The notes under the pieces were generated by a model. It searched no databases. It had not been told where the DNA came from and saw nothing but the letters and a program-made list of their open reading frames with translations. Source: Desulfomonilia bacterium (lineage in GTDB: Bacteria; Desulfobacterota; Desulfomonilia; UBA1062). Taken from it: 64,000 bases of DNA. Shown piece by piece: positions 27,339 through 37,251 of the stretch (its first letter is position 1; the number at the start of each line of letters is the position of its first letter). The stretch spans positions 32,001-96,000 of the forward strand of contig JBEKDT010000008.1 in the NCBI GenBank assembly GCA_050014195.1, in the 5' to 3' direction. Both the position numbers and the translations under genes were made by a program.

Positions 27339-30300
27339 TCAGTTGTTCATGAGTTTTATGATGAAGCGTGTGATACCCCCACAGATTATTCCTGCAAACA
27401 CAAAGAAATACATCCCCTGTGGTACAGAATCACTTGATACGGAAGTGGATATGAAACAGCCTCCACCGCCTCCACTCCCTTTACCATCTCCTTCAGATCC
27501 TTTCACCGACACATGTACAGGTATTGTTTGAGGACTGTTTGTAACATTTGTATCTGTTGAAATGACGGTAATGTTCTTGTCATACTCTCCTGCAGCTAGG
27601 CCGGCGGTCTTTAAGTGAACAGTGATCATGGTTTGATCACTAGTCAGAGTCCCACTTAGAGGTGAACCAATAATCCAATCTGCATCGGCGGAAATGGAAT
27701 AATTGAGCGTTCCTTCACCTGAATTCCATATATTAAAACTTTGATCTGCAGCATCAGACCCTTGTGCACATGATACTTGAAGTGATACCGGTTCGATCGA
27801 AAAGGTTGATTTTGCCGGGCTGATGCTGACCGGCTCACTCACCGTCAGGCTCACGGGGATAGTCTGGGGACTGTTTGACGCCCCTGGTGCACTGATGGTT
27901 ATAGTTGCTGGATATGTCCCTGAAACGAGGTCTGAGTTTGCAAAAGAGACAGTTATAACGTTATGCCCGCCGGCGGAGGTTCCGCTTGATGGTGAACATG
28001 ATAGCCATGCAGCGTTATCATAGATTGTATAATTAAGCGTCCCACCTCCTGAGTTCCACACATCAAAAGACTGACTCGATGCATTTGATCCTTTCACGCA
28101 TGTGACTGCCAAAGATGTTGGGGTGGCTGAAATGGATGAGGCTGCTGGAGGAGGAGTTGGTGAATTAACTGTCAGGCTTACCGGTATAGTCAGCGGGGTA
28201 TTTGATGCCCCTGCGGCATTAATGGTGATGCTTGCAGAGTAACTCCCTGCTGTTAGTCCGGTTGTTGCATAACTGATTGTGATGGAGTTATGACCGCTGC
28301 CACTGCACGTGGTGGTGGTTGTTCCTTGCGAAGGGCTGCAAGAGAGCCACGTTTGACTTGTTACGATCGTATAACTCAACGTCCCACCCCCTGAGTTCCA
28401 TACATCAAAAGACCGGCTTGATGGGTTGCTGCCTTGTATACAGGAAGAAGTAAGAGTTGAAGAGACATTATGTGCAATAACAGGAGGGGCTGTTGGATTG
28501 ACATTGAAAGTAACTGGAATAGTCTGGGGAGTATTCGATGCCATCGGATCGGTAATAGTTATTGTTGCAGAATAGGTTCCCGTGGTGAGGGCACTAGTGG
28601 AGTAAAATACCGAAATAGTCTTCTGGTCTGTTGTCCCGTTTGAAGTTCCCGATGCTGTACAGGCAATCCAGGATTGATTGGTAGATATCGAGAAATTGAG
28701 TGTACCGGAACCTGAGTTCCAGATTTGGAATGTTTGGGTTTCTGCGTTACACCCTTGCGAACATGAATTTGTAAGAGATGCAGGAGAACATGATATGGCG
28801 GGAGAGAGGACAGTGAGACTCACCGGGATAGTCTGCGGGCTATTCGATGAGCCCGGGTCTACCATCGTGATATTCGCAGTATAAATCCCTGGGGTAAGGC
28901 TGGAGGTTGTATAATTAACAGTAATGGTTTTTTTATCTGATACACCTGTTGAGGAGCCGCTTGTTGGAGTGCAGGAAACCCAAGTTTGATCAGTTGATAT
29001 CGTGTAATTCACAGTCCCTGCCCCTGAGTTCCAGACTTGGAATGATTGGGCTGCGGCATTGTTCCCATGTGAACATGAATTTGTCAGAGATGTTGGAGAA
29101 CTTGCAATTGTAGGAGGTGAAAGAACTGTGAGGCTCACCGGGATAGTCTGAGGGCTATTCGATGAGCCTTCAGCGTTTATTGTGATAGTCGCCGAGTAGT
29201 TCCCTGGGGCTAAGCTGGAGGTTGTATAATTTACAGTGATAGTTTTCTGATCTGATGCACCCGTTGAAGTGCCGCTTGCAGGAGTGCAGGATACCCAAGT
29301 TTGATCAGTTGAAATCGTGTAATTCAGAGTCCCTGTCCCTGAGTTCCAGACTTGGAACGATTGGGCAGGGGCATTATTTCCTCCTTGGCATGAACTAGTA
29401 AGAGATGTTGGAGAGGAAGATAGTACTTGTGGGATCGAGTAGGTTATATCGAGTGTCCAAAAGTTGAAGCTGTATCCCTGTTGATGGCTTCCTATTTTAT
29501 AAATACAATCATAATTCATGTTCATATCGAGGTGAAATAATCCGTTTGGTCTGCCTGAGGTTACACCCCAGCTGTTCACTATGATCCAATAGGAGTTGTT
29601 GGGATCTTCATCATTGTAACCAACACAGAGGACCGCATGGCCCCAGCCATAAAGATTTGAATAGGTATCACCACAGGAGAAATCGGGATTCCAAATTGTG
29701 TCTTCTGTTTGAGAATCCCAAAAGTCAATAAAGTTATTGCCATCTGCCTGTGTAGGCATGACAAAACTGAAATAAACAGCCTCATTCTGATTGAGTATGC
29801 TCTTAATATTTGCAATGGCTGTATCCTGACCGACGCCATGAGTCGGTATTGTTACAGCTGTTATCGATGAAATGGGATAATTAGGATTGGTACTGATAGA
29901 TGAGCCTGGAGTATTACATGAGGCATCTCCATCCTGCCAGTTTGCATTTGTATTAGACCAGGGTATGGCTTGCTGGTATCCGGGAGTTAAATAAAAATCG
30001 ACCAGAGATGGAAGGTCGCCACCTGAGCAACATGTTAACCCGATCGCAGTTGCGTTTGAATTAAGATATTGGACAGAGAGTCTGTCGTATATTTGGTTAT
30101 TTACATCGAGGGCAATGGCCATTACCCCTGTCCCTGCCCACGTCCAACAGTCTCCGCACTGACCCTGATCATATTCAGAAGGGATATAATCAAGATGGCT
30201 TAATAAACTCAGTGAGCTGCTTGTTCCACTGGCATACTGTACATACTTGTTCATCTGTGCTTGTGGAGCTTTTTGATATTTCTGTTCCCAATTGATCAGG

Positions 30301-30431
30301 GTTTCACTGTCAGGCCGCATTACACCATGCGCGCTTCTAAAATCATCTGCTTGAGCAGTTGGAAGAATACCGGCTAAGAAAATAAGGAAGAGTATCGCAA
30401 TATTGGTAAATGATTTCTTAAGATCAATCAT
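27339..30431 (-). CDS. Secreted C1 (papain-like) cysteine peptidase with six BACON/Ig-like repeats and a C-terminal GGGGCFI sorting signal
   Basis: DQGQCGDCW, WGHAV and VNSWG catalytic motifs; six repeats of F.(V/I)WNSG.GTL.Y/F.I....W....P.SG...PV...V; GGGGGCFIST followed by a TM helix. Confidence 0.9.
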   Translation of the reverse strand: MIDLKKSFTNIAILFLIFLAGILPTAQADDFRSAHGVMRPDSETLINWEQKYQKAPQAQMNKYVQYASGTSSSLSLLSHLDYIPSEYDQGQCGDCWTWAGTGVMAIALDVNNQIYDRLSVQYLNSNATAIGLTCCSGGDLPSLVDFYLTPGYQQAIPWSNTNANWQDGDASCNTPGSSISTNPNYPISSITAVTIPTHGVGQDTAIANIKSILNQNEAVYFSFVMPTQADGNNFIDFWDSQTEDTIWNPDFSCGDTYSNLYGWGHAVLCVGYNDEDPNNSYWIIVNSWGVTSGRPNGLFHLDMNMNYDCIYKIGSHQQGYSFNFWTLDITYSIPQVLSSSPTSLTSSCQGGNNAPAQSFQVWNSGTGTLNYTISTDQTWVSCTPASGTSTGASDQKTITVNYTTSSLAPGNYSATITINAEGSSNSPQTIPVSLTVLSPPTIASSPTSLTNSCSHGNNAAAQSFQVWNSGAGTVNYTISTDQTWVSCTPTSGSSTGVSDKKTITVNYTTSSLTPGIYTANITMVDPGSSNSPQTIPVSLTVLSPAISCSPASLTNSCSQGCNAETQTFQIWNSGSGTLNFSISTNQSWIACTASGTSNGTTDQKTISVFYSTSALTTGTYSATITITDPMASNTPQTIPVTFNVNPTAPPVIAHNVSSTLTSSCIQGSNPSSRSFDVWNSGGGTLSYTIVTSQTWLSCSPSQGTTTTTCSGSGHNSITISYATTGLTAGSYSASITINAAGASNTPLTIPVSLTVNSPTPPPAASSISATPTSLAVTCVKGSNASSQSFDVWNSGGGTLNYTIYDNAAWLSCSPSSGTSAGGHNVITVSFANSDLVSGTYPATITISAPGASNSPQTIPVSLTVSEPVSISPAKSTFSIEPVSLQVSCAQGSDAADQSFNIWNSGEGTLNYSISADADWIIGSPLSGTLTSDQTMITVHLKTAGLAAGEYDKNITVISTDTNVTNSPQTIPVHVSVKGSEGDGKGSGGGGGCFISTSVSSDSVPQGMYFFVFAGIICGGITRFIIKLMNN

Positions 30432-30459
30432 GTTGTCATCCTAATCCATTATTTACTAT

Positions 30460-30954
30460 TCACTTCAATGTTGGAAACTTGAAGATCATGGGTTTGCATG
30501 CACCTCTCGTGATAACTTTCAGAACACAATCAAGTTTCTTCCCCGGGTTAATGTCATTTCTCTGAATAAACATAAGATCAGGATAAGATGAATTCGGGAG
30601 AAGCAGGACAAAATCTCTAGACTCCACGGGAACAGAGGTCTCTTGAATTTTCTTCTCCGGGTAAAAGTGATATGTTACCTTAAATATTTCAACAGGTTGT
30701 TTATTACTTGCAGAAGCACTATCGCGCTCTATCTTCTCAATAGATACTATCTCGGCCTTGCCTTTGTAGTCTTTGTACTCACAAGGGCCACCGTCCTTCG
30801 GTAACGAATTCACATCAGAGGAATGTAATTGACAGCTCATTCCAAAGGTCAGCATGAAAACAAGCCACAGAGTTAACAACTGCTTATAGGGAAAAGTACT
30901 ACAACAATAATATGCTGTTGTTGTGGACCTCATAGAACAATATGTCGGCAACAT
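30460..30954 (-). CDS. Hypothetical lipoprotein-like protein (true start may lie downstream)
   Basis: Hydrophobic stretch ending FGMSC; GGPCEYKDYKG..ITRGACKP. Confidence 0.6.
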   Translation of the reverse strand: MLPTYCSMRSTTTAYYCCSTFPYKQLLTLWLVFMLTFGMSCQLHSSDVNSLPKDGGPCEYKDYKGKAEIVSIEKIERDSASASNKQPVEIFKVTYHFYPEKKIQETSVPVESRDFVLLLPNSSYPDLMFIQRNDINPGKKLDCVLKVITRGACKPMIFKFPTLK

Positions 30955-30992
30955 ACGGATTCATTATAACATATACATTAGATCAAATCTTT

Positions 30993-31826
30993 TTACCATT
31001 CCATTATGAGCTGTAATCCATAGTAATCAGGAGCAATCAAAGGCACAACACTCAATTTATGGTCTTCTTGATCTCTTTCTTTGATACTCTGTGTTGCCTC
31101 CCATGCCATGTACCAGCCCAATGCCGCTTGAGAAGGGTAGTGTTGATTATCATTTATCCGGGATAAGCCGGCTAAGGTGGATGCCACATAAAGCGGATAT
31201 TTTATATACCACTCTTCATCATACATACCGGCTAGGGTCAAGAAAGGGATAGCGCCGATAAATGCATGACCGCTGACCCCATGGGTGCTCTTAAACGGCT
31301 TCCATGAAGAACTATCGCCCGGTTGTGACGGCCTGGCGGCACCAGTGACATACTGCATCAAAAGAACTGCAGGGCCTCCAACAGCAATGGAGCGTAAACT
31401 ACGTTCACCAAAGGTACCCATAGCCGATGAAGTCTGACCCTCTGGAAGAATTGTAACTACAGCTGCGGAAGCAAAGGACAAAGGAATAATGTACCACCCA
31501 TTACCAAAATTCTTGGAGATAGTTGATATTTTATCTGTCGTAGAGTTGCGTACATGATGCTGATACCAATCTTGTATATCGTCGTCACGGTCTGCACCTG
31601 CAAATGTGGCTGCTATGCCATAGGCAAGACATAGTCTCACGAAACGGTATTGGGAATAAAATTGTTTATAATCAAGCTCTAGGGTGTTGAATGTTTTGCC
31701 TGTATCGAAGATCCAATCCGCATCTCCATCTCCTGCATGGAGTAGGCTGGTATAAAGAGTTAGTGTTGTGATAACAAGGATTGTTACAATGAAGGACTTC
31801 TTTAAAGCTTTTTTGTAGTTGTTCGT
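30993..31826 (-). CDS. PAP2-family phosphatase; frame extends to an ACG codon at 31826
   Basis: GAARP, GVSGHAF, SRINDNQHYPSQ PAP2 motifs; open frame with a signal peptide upstream of the GTG at 31640. Confidence 0.82.
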   Translation of the reverse strand, partial: TNNYKKALKKSFIVTILVITTLTLYTSLLHAGDGDADWIFDTGKTFNTLELDYKQFYSQYRFVRLCLAYGIAATFAGADRDDDIQDWYQHHVRNSTTDKISTISKNFGNGWYIIPLSFASAAVVTILPEGQTSSAMGTFGERSLRSIAVGGPAVLLMQYVTGAARPSQPGDSSSWKPFKSTHGVSGHAFIGAIPFLTLAGMYDEEWYIKYPLYVASTLAGLSRINDNQHYPSQAALGWYMAWEATQSIKERDQEDHKLSVVPLIAPDYYGLQLIMEW

Positions 31827-32073
31827 AGTTGACTCCTTACCTTGCTTTTCTCGTGGTTGAAGTCCTATCGGTGATTAACATTACAGTCTATTGATTGTCA
31901 ATAAGAGGCAAGTATGATCGATGAATCATTATTATGTTAATTAATTAAATTAATTGATCACGATCATTGCCTTTAAATCATGATTAATAAAAATAATATA
32001 AATTTTCTATTAGATTGAAATGAGATTTATGATGGTCAGATGCCATGCTCAGAGTGGCAAGATCGGCACATGA

Positions 32074-32457
32074 TCAATATTGAACCGGCTTGATAGATTG
32101 TGCTACTTGGAAACCTTCCTTATTGGTAATATAGTTCACTCTCACCTGCTGCCCAACTGTTAGCTTATCAAGTGGTATTGCTTTCCAATCTGCTCCATAA
32201 ATTGTCGTAGTGGTCACTATAATGAAGATGTATCTCTTTCCTTCTTTGCCAGTTAGAAATATCTTTGGCCTTATACCTTTTGAAGGATCAGCGATGTGGA
32301 TGTCATCTAACTTCCCAATCACTTCTGATGGGGCGATTACTTTCTTGGATACAGGAGGAGGGGTTCCCCCTTTCTGCTGGGACATGTCTGTATTCTGTCC
32401 ATTGCAGGAAAAGAGGAGAACCCCAAGGGTGCAGATCAAAATTGCAACCCTCTTCAC
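32074..32457 (-). CDS. Hypothetical lipoprotein (OB-fold-like)
   Basis: Lipobox LLFSC; L.VGQQVRVNY......A..I pattern. Confidence 0.7.
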   Translation of the reverse strand: MKRVAILICTLGVLLFSCNGQNTDMSQQKGGTPPPVSKKVIAPSEVIGKLDDIHIADPSKGIRPKIFLTGKEGKRYIFIIVTTTTIYGADWKAIPLDKLTVGQQVRVNYITNKEGFQVAQSIKPVQY

Positions 32458-32492
32458 CCTCCATTCACTCCTTTATTGTTACCTTGCTTATC

Positions 32493-32906
32493 TTACTCTG
32501 CAGGCTTAGCTGCTGGTGTCTCTTCTGCTTTCTTCGCTGCTTCTTTCTTTTCTGCCTTCTTCTCGGCCGCTGCTGCCTTCTTTACTGCCTTCTTTGCCTT
32601 AATAACCTCAATCTTGTCTGCGTTCAGGCTGCCGGCTGCTGCTGTAATCTTTACCCACTGACCCTTCTTCACGTTGGCCATATCTTCTGCCTTCAGGGTG
32701 AAGGTCTTGCCCTTTACATCGATCGTGTTAGCTGCTGTGTCAACCTTGGTGATCTTGCCCTTGATTACTTGTGTCTTTGCCATCTCAGCCTTTGCCGGTG
32801 CTGCGGCTGCGGGTGCTGCTGCCGGTGCTGCTGCATCGGCTGCGAAGACCATTGTGGCGAAGCAAACCAGTGCCAATACTGCGATCATGCTAATAACTTT
32901 CTTCAT
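32493..32906 (-). CDS. Ala/Lys-rich exported protein with a small OB-fold-like core
   Basis: AGGAGG RBS; signal peptide (VFA); IKGKITKVD..ANTI.V..VKKGQWVKIT; low-complexity tails. Confidence 0.8.
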   Translation of the reverse strand: MKKVISMIAVLALVCFATMVFAADAAAPAAAPAAAAPAKAEMAKTQVIKGKITKVDTAANTIDVKGKTFTLKAEDMANVKKGQWVKITAAAGSLNADKIEVIKAKKAVKKAAAAEKKAEKKEAAKKAEETPAAKPAE

Positions 32907-33260
32907 GGTACATTCCTCCTGTGGTTTTTTTATTGATGGTACACTCTATACGTAAAGAATGATTAAACGATGATTAGAAGAAGATTAAAAGATTTTAATG
33001 TTGCATGGAAGACCAGGGAAAGGCACTGTCCTTACCAAGTAATTATCATCCAGAGTCTCTGTAAACAAATTCCATGCTTTAGACGTCTTATCCAATACTA
33101 CATTTTTTAAGGGTATATATGGAGCCAATCAAGGTAAAACATTACTCAATCGTAATCTTGCATTGCTTAAGCAGCTCTGCGGGTTAACCGATATAGGACC
33201 ATCAATGAATAACCTTAATGGACCAGAAATGAGAATATTCCTTATAAGGAGGATATCAGC

Positions 33261-35150
33261 ATGAAAGAGAGATTATCTGCAGCATGGAAGGGAATTGCTT
33301 TTATCCTGTTTTTGTCCCTGATCCTTGTCATACAGGGGTGCGGAGGCGGTGGTGGAGGATCGAGCTCAGGCGGAAGCGGCTCTTCAAGCTCCGGCCAGGC
33401 ATTGATCGGCCTTACAGATGCCGCAGGGGATTTCGTGACCTATCAGGTGGATATAACCTCTCTCACGCTGACCAAAGCCAATGGTGCCGTGGTCGAGACT
33501 CTGCCCCTGAAAACCAGCGTTGACTTCACCCAGTTGACGGACATGACGGAATTCCTGACCGCAGGTACGGTACCGGTCGGTGACTATACCAGTGCCGTCC
33601 TCACGTTAGACTATTCAAACGCGCTCATTAGTGTGGAGAACTCTTCAGGAGCTGCCGTACAAGTCCCGATTTCCAATATCCTTGACGAAGACGGCAACCC
33701 CATCACACAGCCGGTCCAGGTTACGGTGAATCTGGATGTATCTTCCCTCACCATCGCCCCGGGGGTACCGGCCCATCTCTCTCTCGACTTTGATCTTGGA
33801 GCAACGAACACTGTGACCTTCGCTGCAGATGGAACACCCTCAGTGACGGTAACCCCAATTCTCAAGGCCGATCTTCAGCCAAGCGCAGACAAGATCCAGC
33901 GCCTGAGAGGCCCATTACAGGATGTGAATGTAGCAGGCAGCTCATTCGATATTATCCTTCGTCCTTTTGCCCAGGACCTCACGGTGCATGAAACGAGCTT
34001 TGGGGTAGTGAAGGTCACTGTCGATAGCAACACTGTTTTTGATATCGACGGGGTAACCTACACAACCGGAGGACTCCAAGCGCTTGCAGCAGAGCCTGCA
34101 TACACAGGTGTCATTGCCCACGGTCAGTTCTCAACAACACCGCAGCTCCACTTTGTCGCCACAGAGGTTCTTGCAGGATCGAGTGTACCAGGCGGCACCA
34201 TGGATGTAGCGCAAGGGACCGTGCTCAACCGCGTTGGTGACATGATTACCCTCAAGGGTGCAACCCTCATAAGGGCGGGTGGCAGTATTGTGTATAATGA
34301 TAAGGTACAAGTAACATTAGGCAGTGGCACCAGGGTCAGTAAGCAGTTGTCTAAAGACAAAACCCTCACAAAAGACGATATTTCGGTGGGCCAGCGCGTC
34401 ATGGTGTTCGGGACCCTTACGAATACCGATTCCAGCAACCTCCAGCTTGATGCTTCCAGCGGTTATGCACGCATGCTCCTGACCGTACTCATCGGGAGCG
34501 TAGCGACCCCGGACAGCAGTGCTGAGTTGGGTATGAATCTGCAGGCTATTGACTGGCGGAAGATATCCCTGTTCGATTTCACCGGCACGGGCATCGATGC
34601 GTCCAATGATGCAGTCCCAACCAATTATATTGTGGACACAGGCACCTTGGACACCTCTGCCTTTATCACAGGGACACCCATCAAGGTGAGGGGGTTTGTG
34701 AGCCCGTTCGGAACAGCAAATCCCACAACAGTCCCTGACTTTGAGGCACAGACCATTATTGATGTCTCTGATGTGGTCGGTCTGATGAATGTGGGCTGGG
34801 GACTCGGGAAGAAAGATGCATTCGGAGGCATTACCGGATCAGGCCTCTCATTAAATCTTGTGGATGCCGGGTTCTTCCATCGGATGAACAGGGTGGGGGT
34901 GATAACGGATCTGGATTCACTGTCTGTCACAACCCCGGAGATTGTTCCCACGGGAAACAGCACGGACCGGTTCCGGATAGACCAGGGCAGTGTCTCCCAG
35001 GTTTACTCCTCATTTTCAAGCTTTGAGACCGATCTCCAGAGCAAGATTACAGCAGGAGCTAAGGTGAAGCACATCTATGCCTGGGGCACATTCAATAACA
35101 CCACCGCAACCCTTATCTCAGGGTATGTCATCGTGAAACTCAGCAGTTAG
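33261..35150 (+). CDS. DUF4382/DUF5666-like lipoprotein
   Basis: Lipobox VIQGC plus Gly/Ser linker; IGLTDAAGDF..Y.V.I.SL.L, LDFDL motifs; AAGGAGG RBS. Confidence 0.75.
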   Translation: MKERLSAAWKGIAFILFLSLILVIQGCGGGGGGSSSGGSGSSSSGQALIGLTDAAGDFVTYQVDITSLTLTKANGAVVETLPLKTSVDFTQLTDMTEFLTAGTVPVGDYTSAVLTLDYSNALISVENSSGAAVQVPISNILDEDGNPITQPVQVTVNLDVSSLTIAPGVPAHLSLDFDLGATNTVTFAADGTPSVTVTPILKADLQPSADKIQRLRGPLQDVNVAGSSFDIILRPFAQDLTVHETSFGVVKVTVDSNTVFDIDGVTYTTGGLQALAAEPAYTGVIAHGQFSTTPQLHFVATEVLAGSSVPGGTMDVAQGTVLNRVGDMITLKGATLIRAGGSIVYNDKVQVTLGSGTRVSKQLSKDKTLTKDDISVGQRVMVFGTLTNTDSSNLQLDASSGYARMLLTVLIGSVATPDSSAELGMNLQAIDWRKISLFDFTGTGIDASNDAVPTNYIVDTGTLDTSAFITGTPIKVRGFVSPFGTANPTTVPDFEAQTIIDVSDVVGLMNVGWGLGKKDAFGGITGSGLSLNLVDAGFFHRMNRVGVITDLDSLSVTTPEIVPTGNSTDRFRIDQGSVSQVYSSFSSFETDLQSKITAGAKVKHIYAWGTFNNTTATLISGYVIVKLSS

Positions 35151-35164
35151 TCTGAAAAATGAAC

Positions 35165-35188
35165 GGGCGTGTATTTACATACACGCCC
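35165..35188. terminator. Hairpin between convergent genes
   Basis: GGGCGTGTAT-ttac-ATACACGCCC perfect 10-bp stem. Confidence 0.7.
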
Positions 35189-35334
35189 CGTATCTTGTCT
35201 TTATTGGTATCTTTTTTAAACTATCTCGTTAGGTTTCTGTGTCCACTTTTTCTGGGGAAGTCCCGACGACAAATCCAAAGGCAGCAAGATCGAGTCTTGC
35301 TGTGCGCACTTAGTGTTGAATCTTTCAGCGTATT

Positions 35335-37179
35335 CTACCCCCTCCGCTCTATGCCTTCCCAGAATCGGTCCTCGATCTCCTTCTTGCGCATCTTGCCGTC
35401 GATGTGGCGGGGAAGCGTCTCGACGAATTCCACGTACTTCGGGATCTTGTAGCCGATGAGCTTGAGGGCTTTCAGATGGTCGATGATGTCCTCCTCCCTG
35501 ATCATATGTCCGTCTTTGGGCTGGATCACTGCAGCAGGCACCTCGCCGAGTTCCTTATGTGGATAGCGCACCACGGCCACATCCAGAACCTTGTCATGCT
35601 TCTTTATGGCCGCCTCGATCTCGTTGGGAAAGATGTTCACACCGCCGGTGATGATCATCTCCTTCTCCCTGCCGGTGAGGTAGAGGAATCCATCCTCGTC
35701 CAGATGCCCCCTTAAACCGTCGTCGAACCAGAGCTCACCGTCAACAAGCTTGAAGGCACTCTCCAGCTTCTCGGGCGAGCCCACATAATTGAGACTCACC
35801 GTGGTAAGACTCCTGGTCAATATCTTTCCGTCCTTGCCCGGCGGGCACCAGGTAGAGCCCTCCTCATCATAGACCCGTGTTTCTGCACAGCGCACTTTCC
35901 CCACACTCTCGTATCGCTTGGGTTTTTCCTCGTAGTCCTTGGGCAGCAGGACCGTCGCCACCGCGGTCTCGGAGGAGCCGTAGAACTCGGTGAACACGTT
36001 TTTGATGCATCCTTGCTGTTTAAAGAATGCATTGGTCGCTATCTTGAGCTCCGGGGTGGCAGGCGCGGCTGCGCAGATAATCGTATGCATGGAGCTTAAG
36101 TTGTAGCGCTTCTTAACGGACTCCGGCAGGGCAAGAATCCGCTCGAGCATGGCCGGCACGACAAATACCCAGTTGATCCGCTCCTGCTCAATAATCCTTA
36201 AGAAATCTTCAGGATCGAATTTCCTCATGGGCACACCGGTGCCTCCGAGCAGGATGAAGGGTACCCAGCCCGCAATGGAACCTGCATGGTACAGAGGCCC
36301 AGGGATGAGGCAGCGCATGTTTTTTGTGATGGGGTCGGTAATCTCAGTGCCGCCGAACCAGAACATGAAGCTGAACTGGAGGACGAGGAACCTGAGATAT
36401 TCTGCCAGCGGTACTTTGGGTGCCTCGGCCAGGTCGCTGAAGGCATAGCCGATGCTGTCGAAGTAGTTTATGTTTTTAGGCATTCCGGTGGTGCCGCCCG
36501 TGTAGGGATTCAATGCCACGGCAAAGTGGGTCTCCGGCATGGTTCCTGATGCGCCGGAAAGGAGATCCTCATAATTCAATGCGCCTGGAGGGGTGTCCTT
36601 GCCCACCACGATGTAGTGCTCAATGCTCGGCAGCTGGTCTCTGATGGGCATGATCTCGCTTACAAATTCATGGTGGAGGATGAGGACTTTGGGCTTTACG
36701 CGGTTTATGGAATCAACGAGTTCAACACCTTCCATGTGCCAGTTGAGAAACGGCATGGGGCAGCCTATGAGGGAGCATGCAAAGAAGCCCTCGAAGAACT
36801 CATTGCCGTTATAGAGCAGCTCGGCGCACCGGTCCTTTGGTTCGACCCCGAGTGTATGGAGGGCATTGGCAAGCCTGAAGACCCTGTCCTTAAGGTGGTT
36901 ATACGTAAACCTGGAGCCTTCCGAGATAAGGGCATCGCGGTCTCCGAATACCTCCCACATCGACACAAGAAAATTCGGTGTGATCTTCTCCAACCTGAAA
37001 TTTGCAAGTGACTTAATCGTCTTGATGTGTCCGGTCTTGCTGCCTGTCTTCAGGAGGATACGAAGGGTGTTGAGACCCCCCCACTGTGTATAGAATGTCT
37101 TCAGGAGCCCTTTGGTCTGCTCCATGGATGCCAGGATAGGGATGGCCTTGGCAAGATTCCTGAAATTTTTGTCCCCCAC
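35335..37179 (-). CDS. AMP-binding acyl-CoA synthetase
   Basis: YTGGTTGMPK, FYGSSE, DDGLRGHLD, GREKEMIITGGVNIFPNEIE, LPRHIDGK. Confidence 0.92.
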   Translation of the reverse strand: MGDKNFRNLAKAIPILASMEQTKGLLKTFYTQWGGLNTLRILLKTGSKTGHIKTIKSLANFRLEKITPNFLVSMWEVFGDRDALISEGSRFTYNHLKDRVFRLANALHTLGVEPKDRCAELLYNGNEFFEGFFACSLIGCPMPFLNWHMEGVELVDSINRVKPKVLILHHEFVSEIMPIRDQLPSIEHYIVVGKDTPPGALNYEDLLSGASGTMPETHFAVALNPYTGGTTGMPKNINYFDSIGYAFSDLAEAPKVPLAEYLRFLVLQFSFMFWFGGTEITDPITKNMRCLIPGPLYHAGSIAGWVPFILLGGTGVPMRKFDPEDFLRIIEQERINWVFVVPAMLERILALPESVKKRYNLSSMHTIICAAAPATPELKIATNAFFKQQGCIKNVFTEFYGSSETAVATVLLPKDYEEKPKRYESVGKVRCAETRVYDEEGSTWCPPGKDGKILTRSLTTVSLNYVGSPEKLESAFKLVDGELWFDDGLRGHLDEDGFLYLTGREKEMIITGGVNIFPNEIEAAIKKHDKVLDVAVVRYPHKELGEVPAAVIQPKDGHMIREEDIIDHLKALKLIGYKIPKYVEFVETLPRHIDGKMRKKEIEDRFWEGIERRG

Positions 37180-37251
37180 GTGATACCTCCTTGTGACAAT
37201 TTCACTTACATCGTATCGGACCCATGCGATTGCATGAGCCGATTTTTCACA

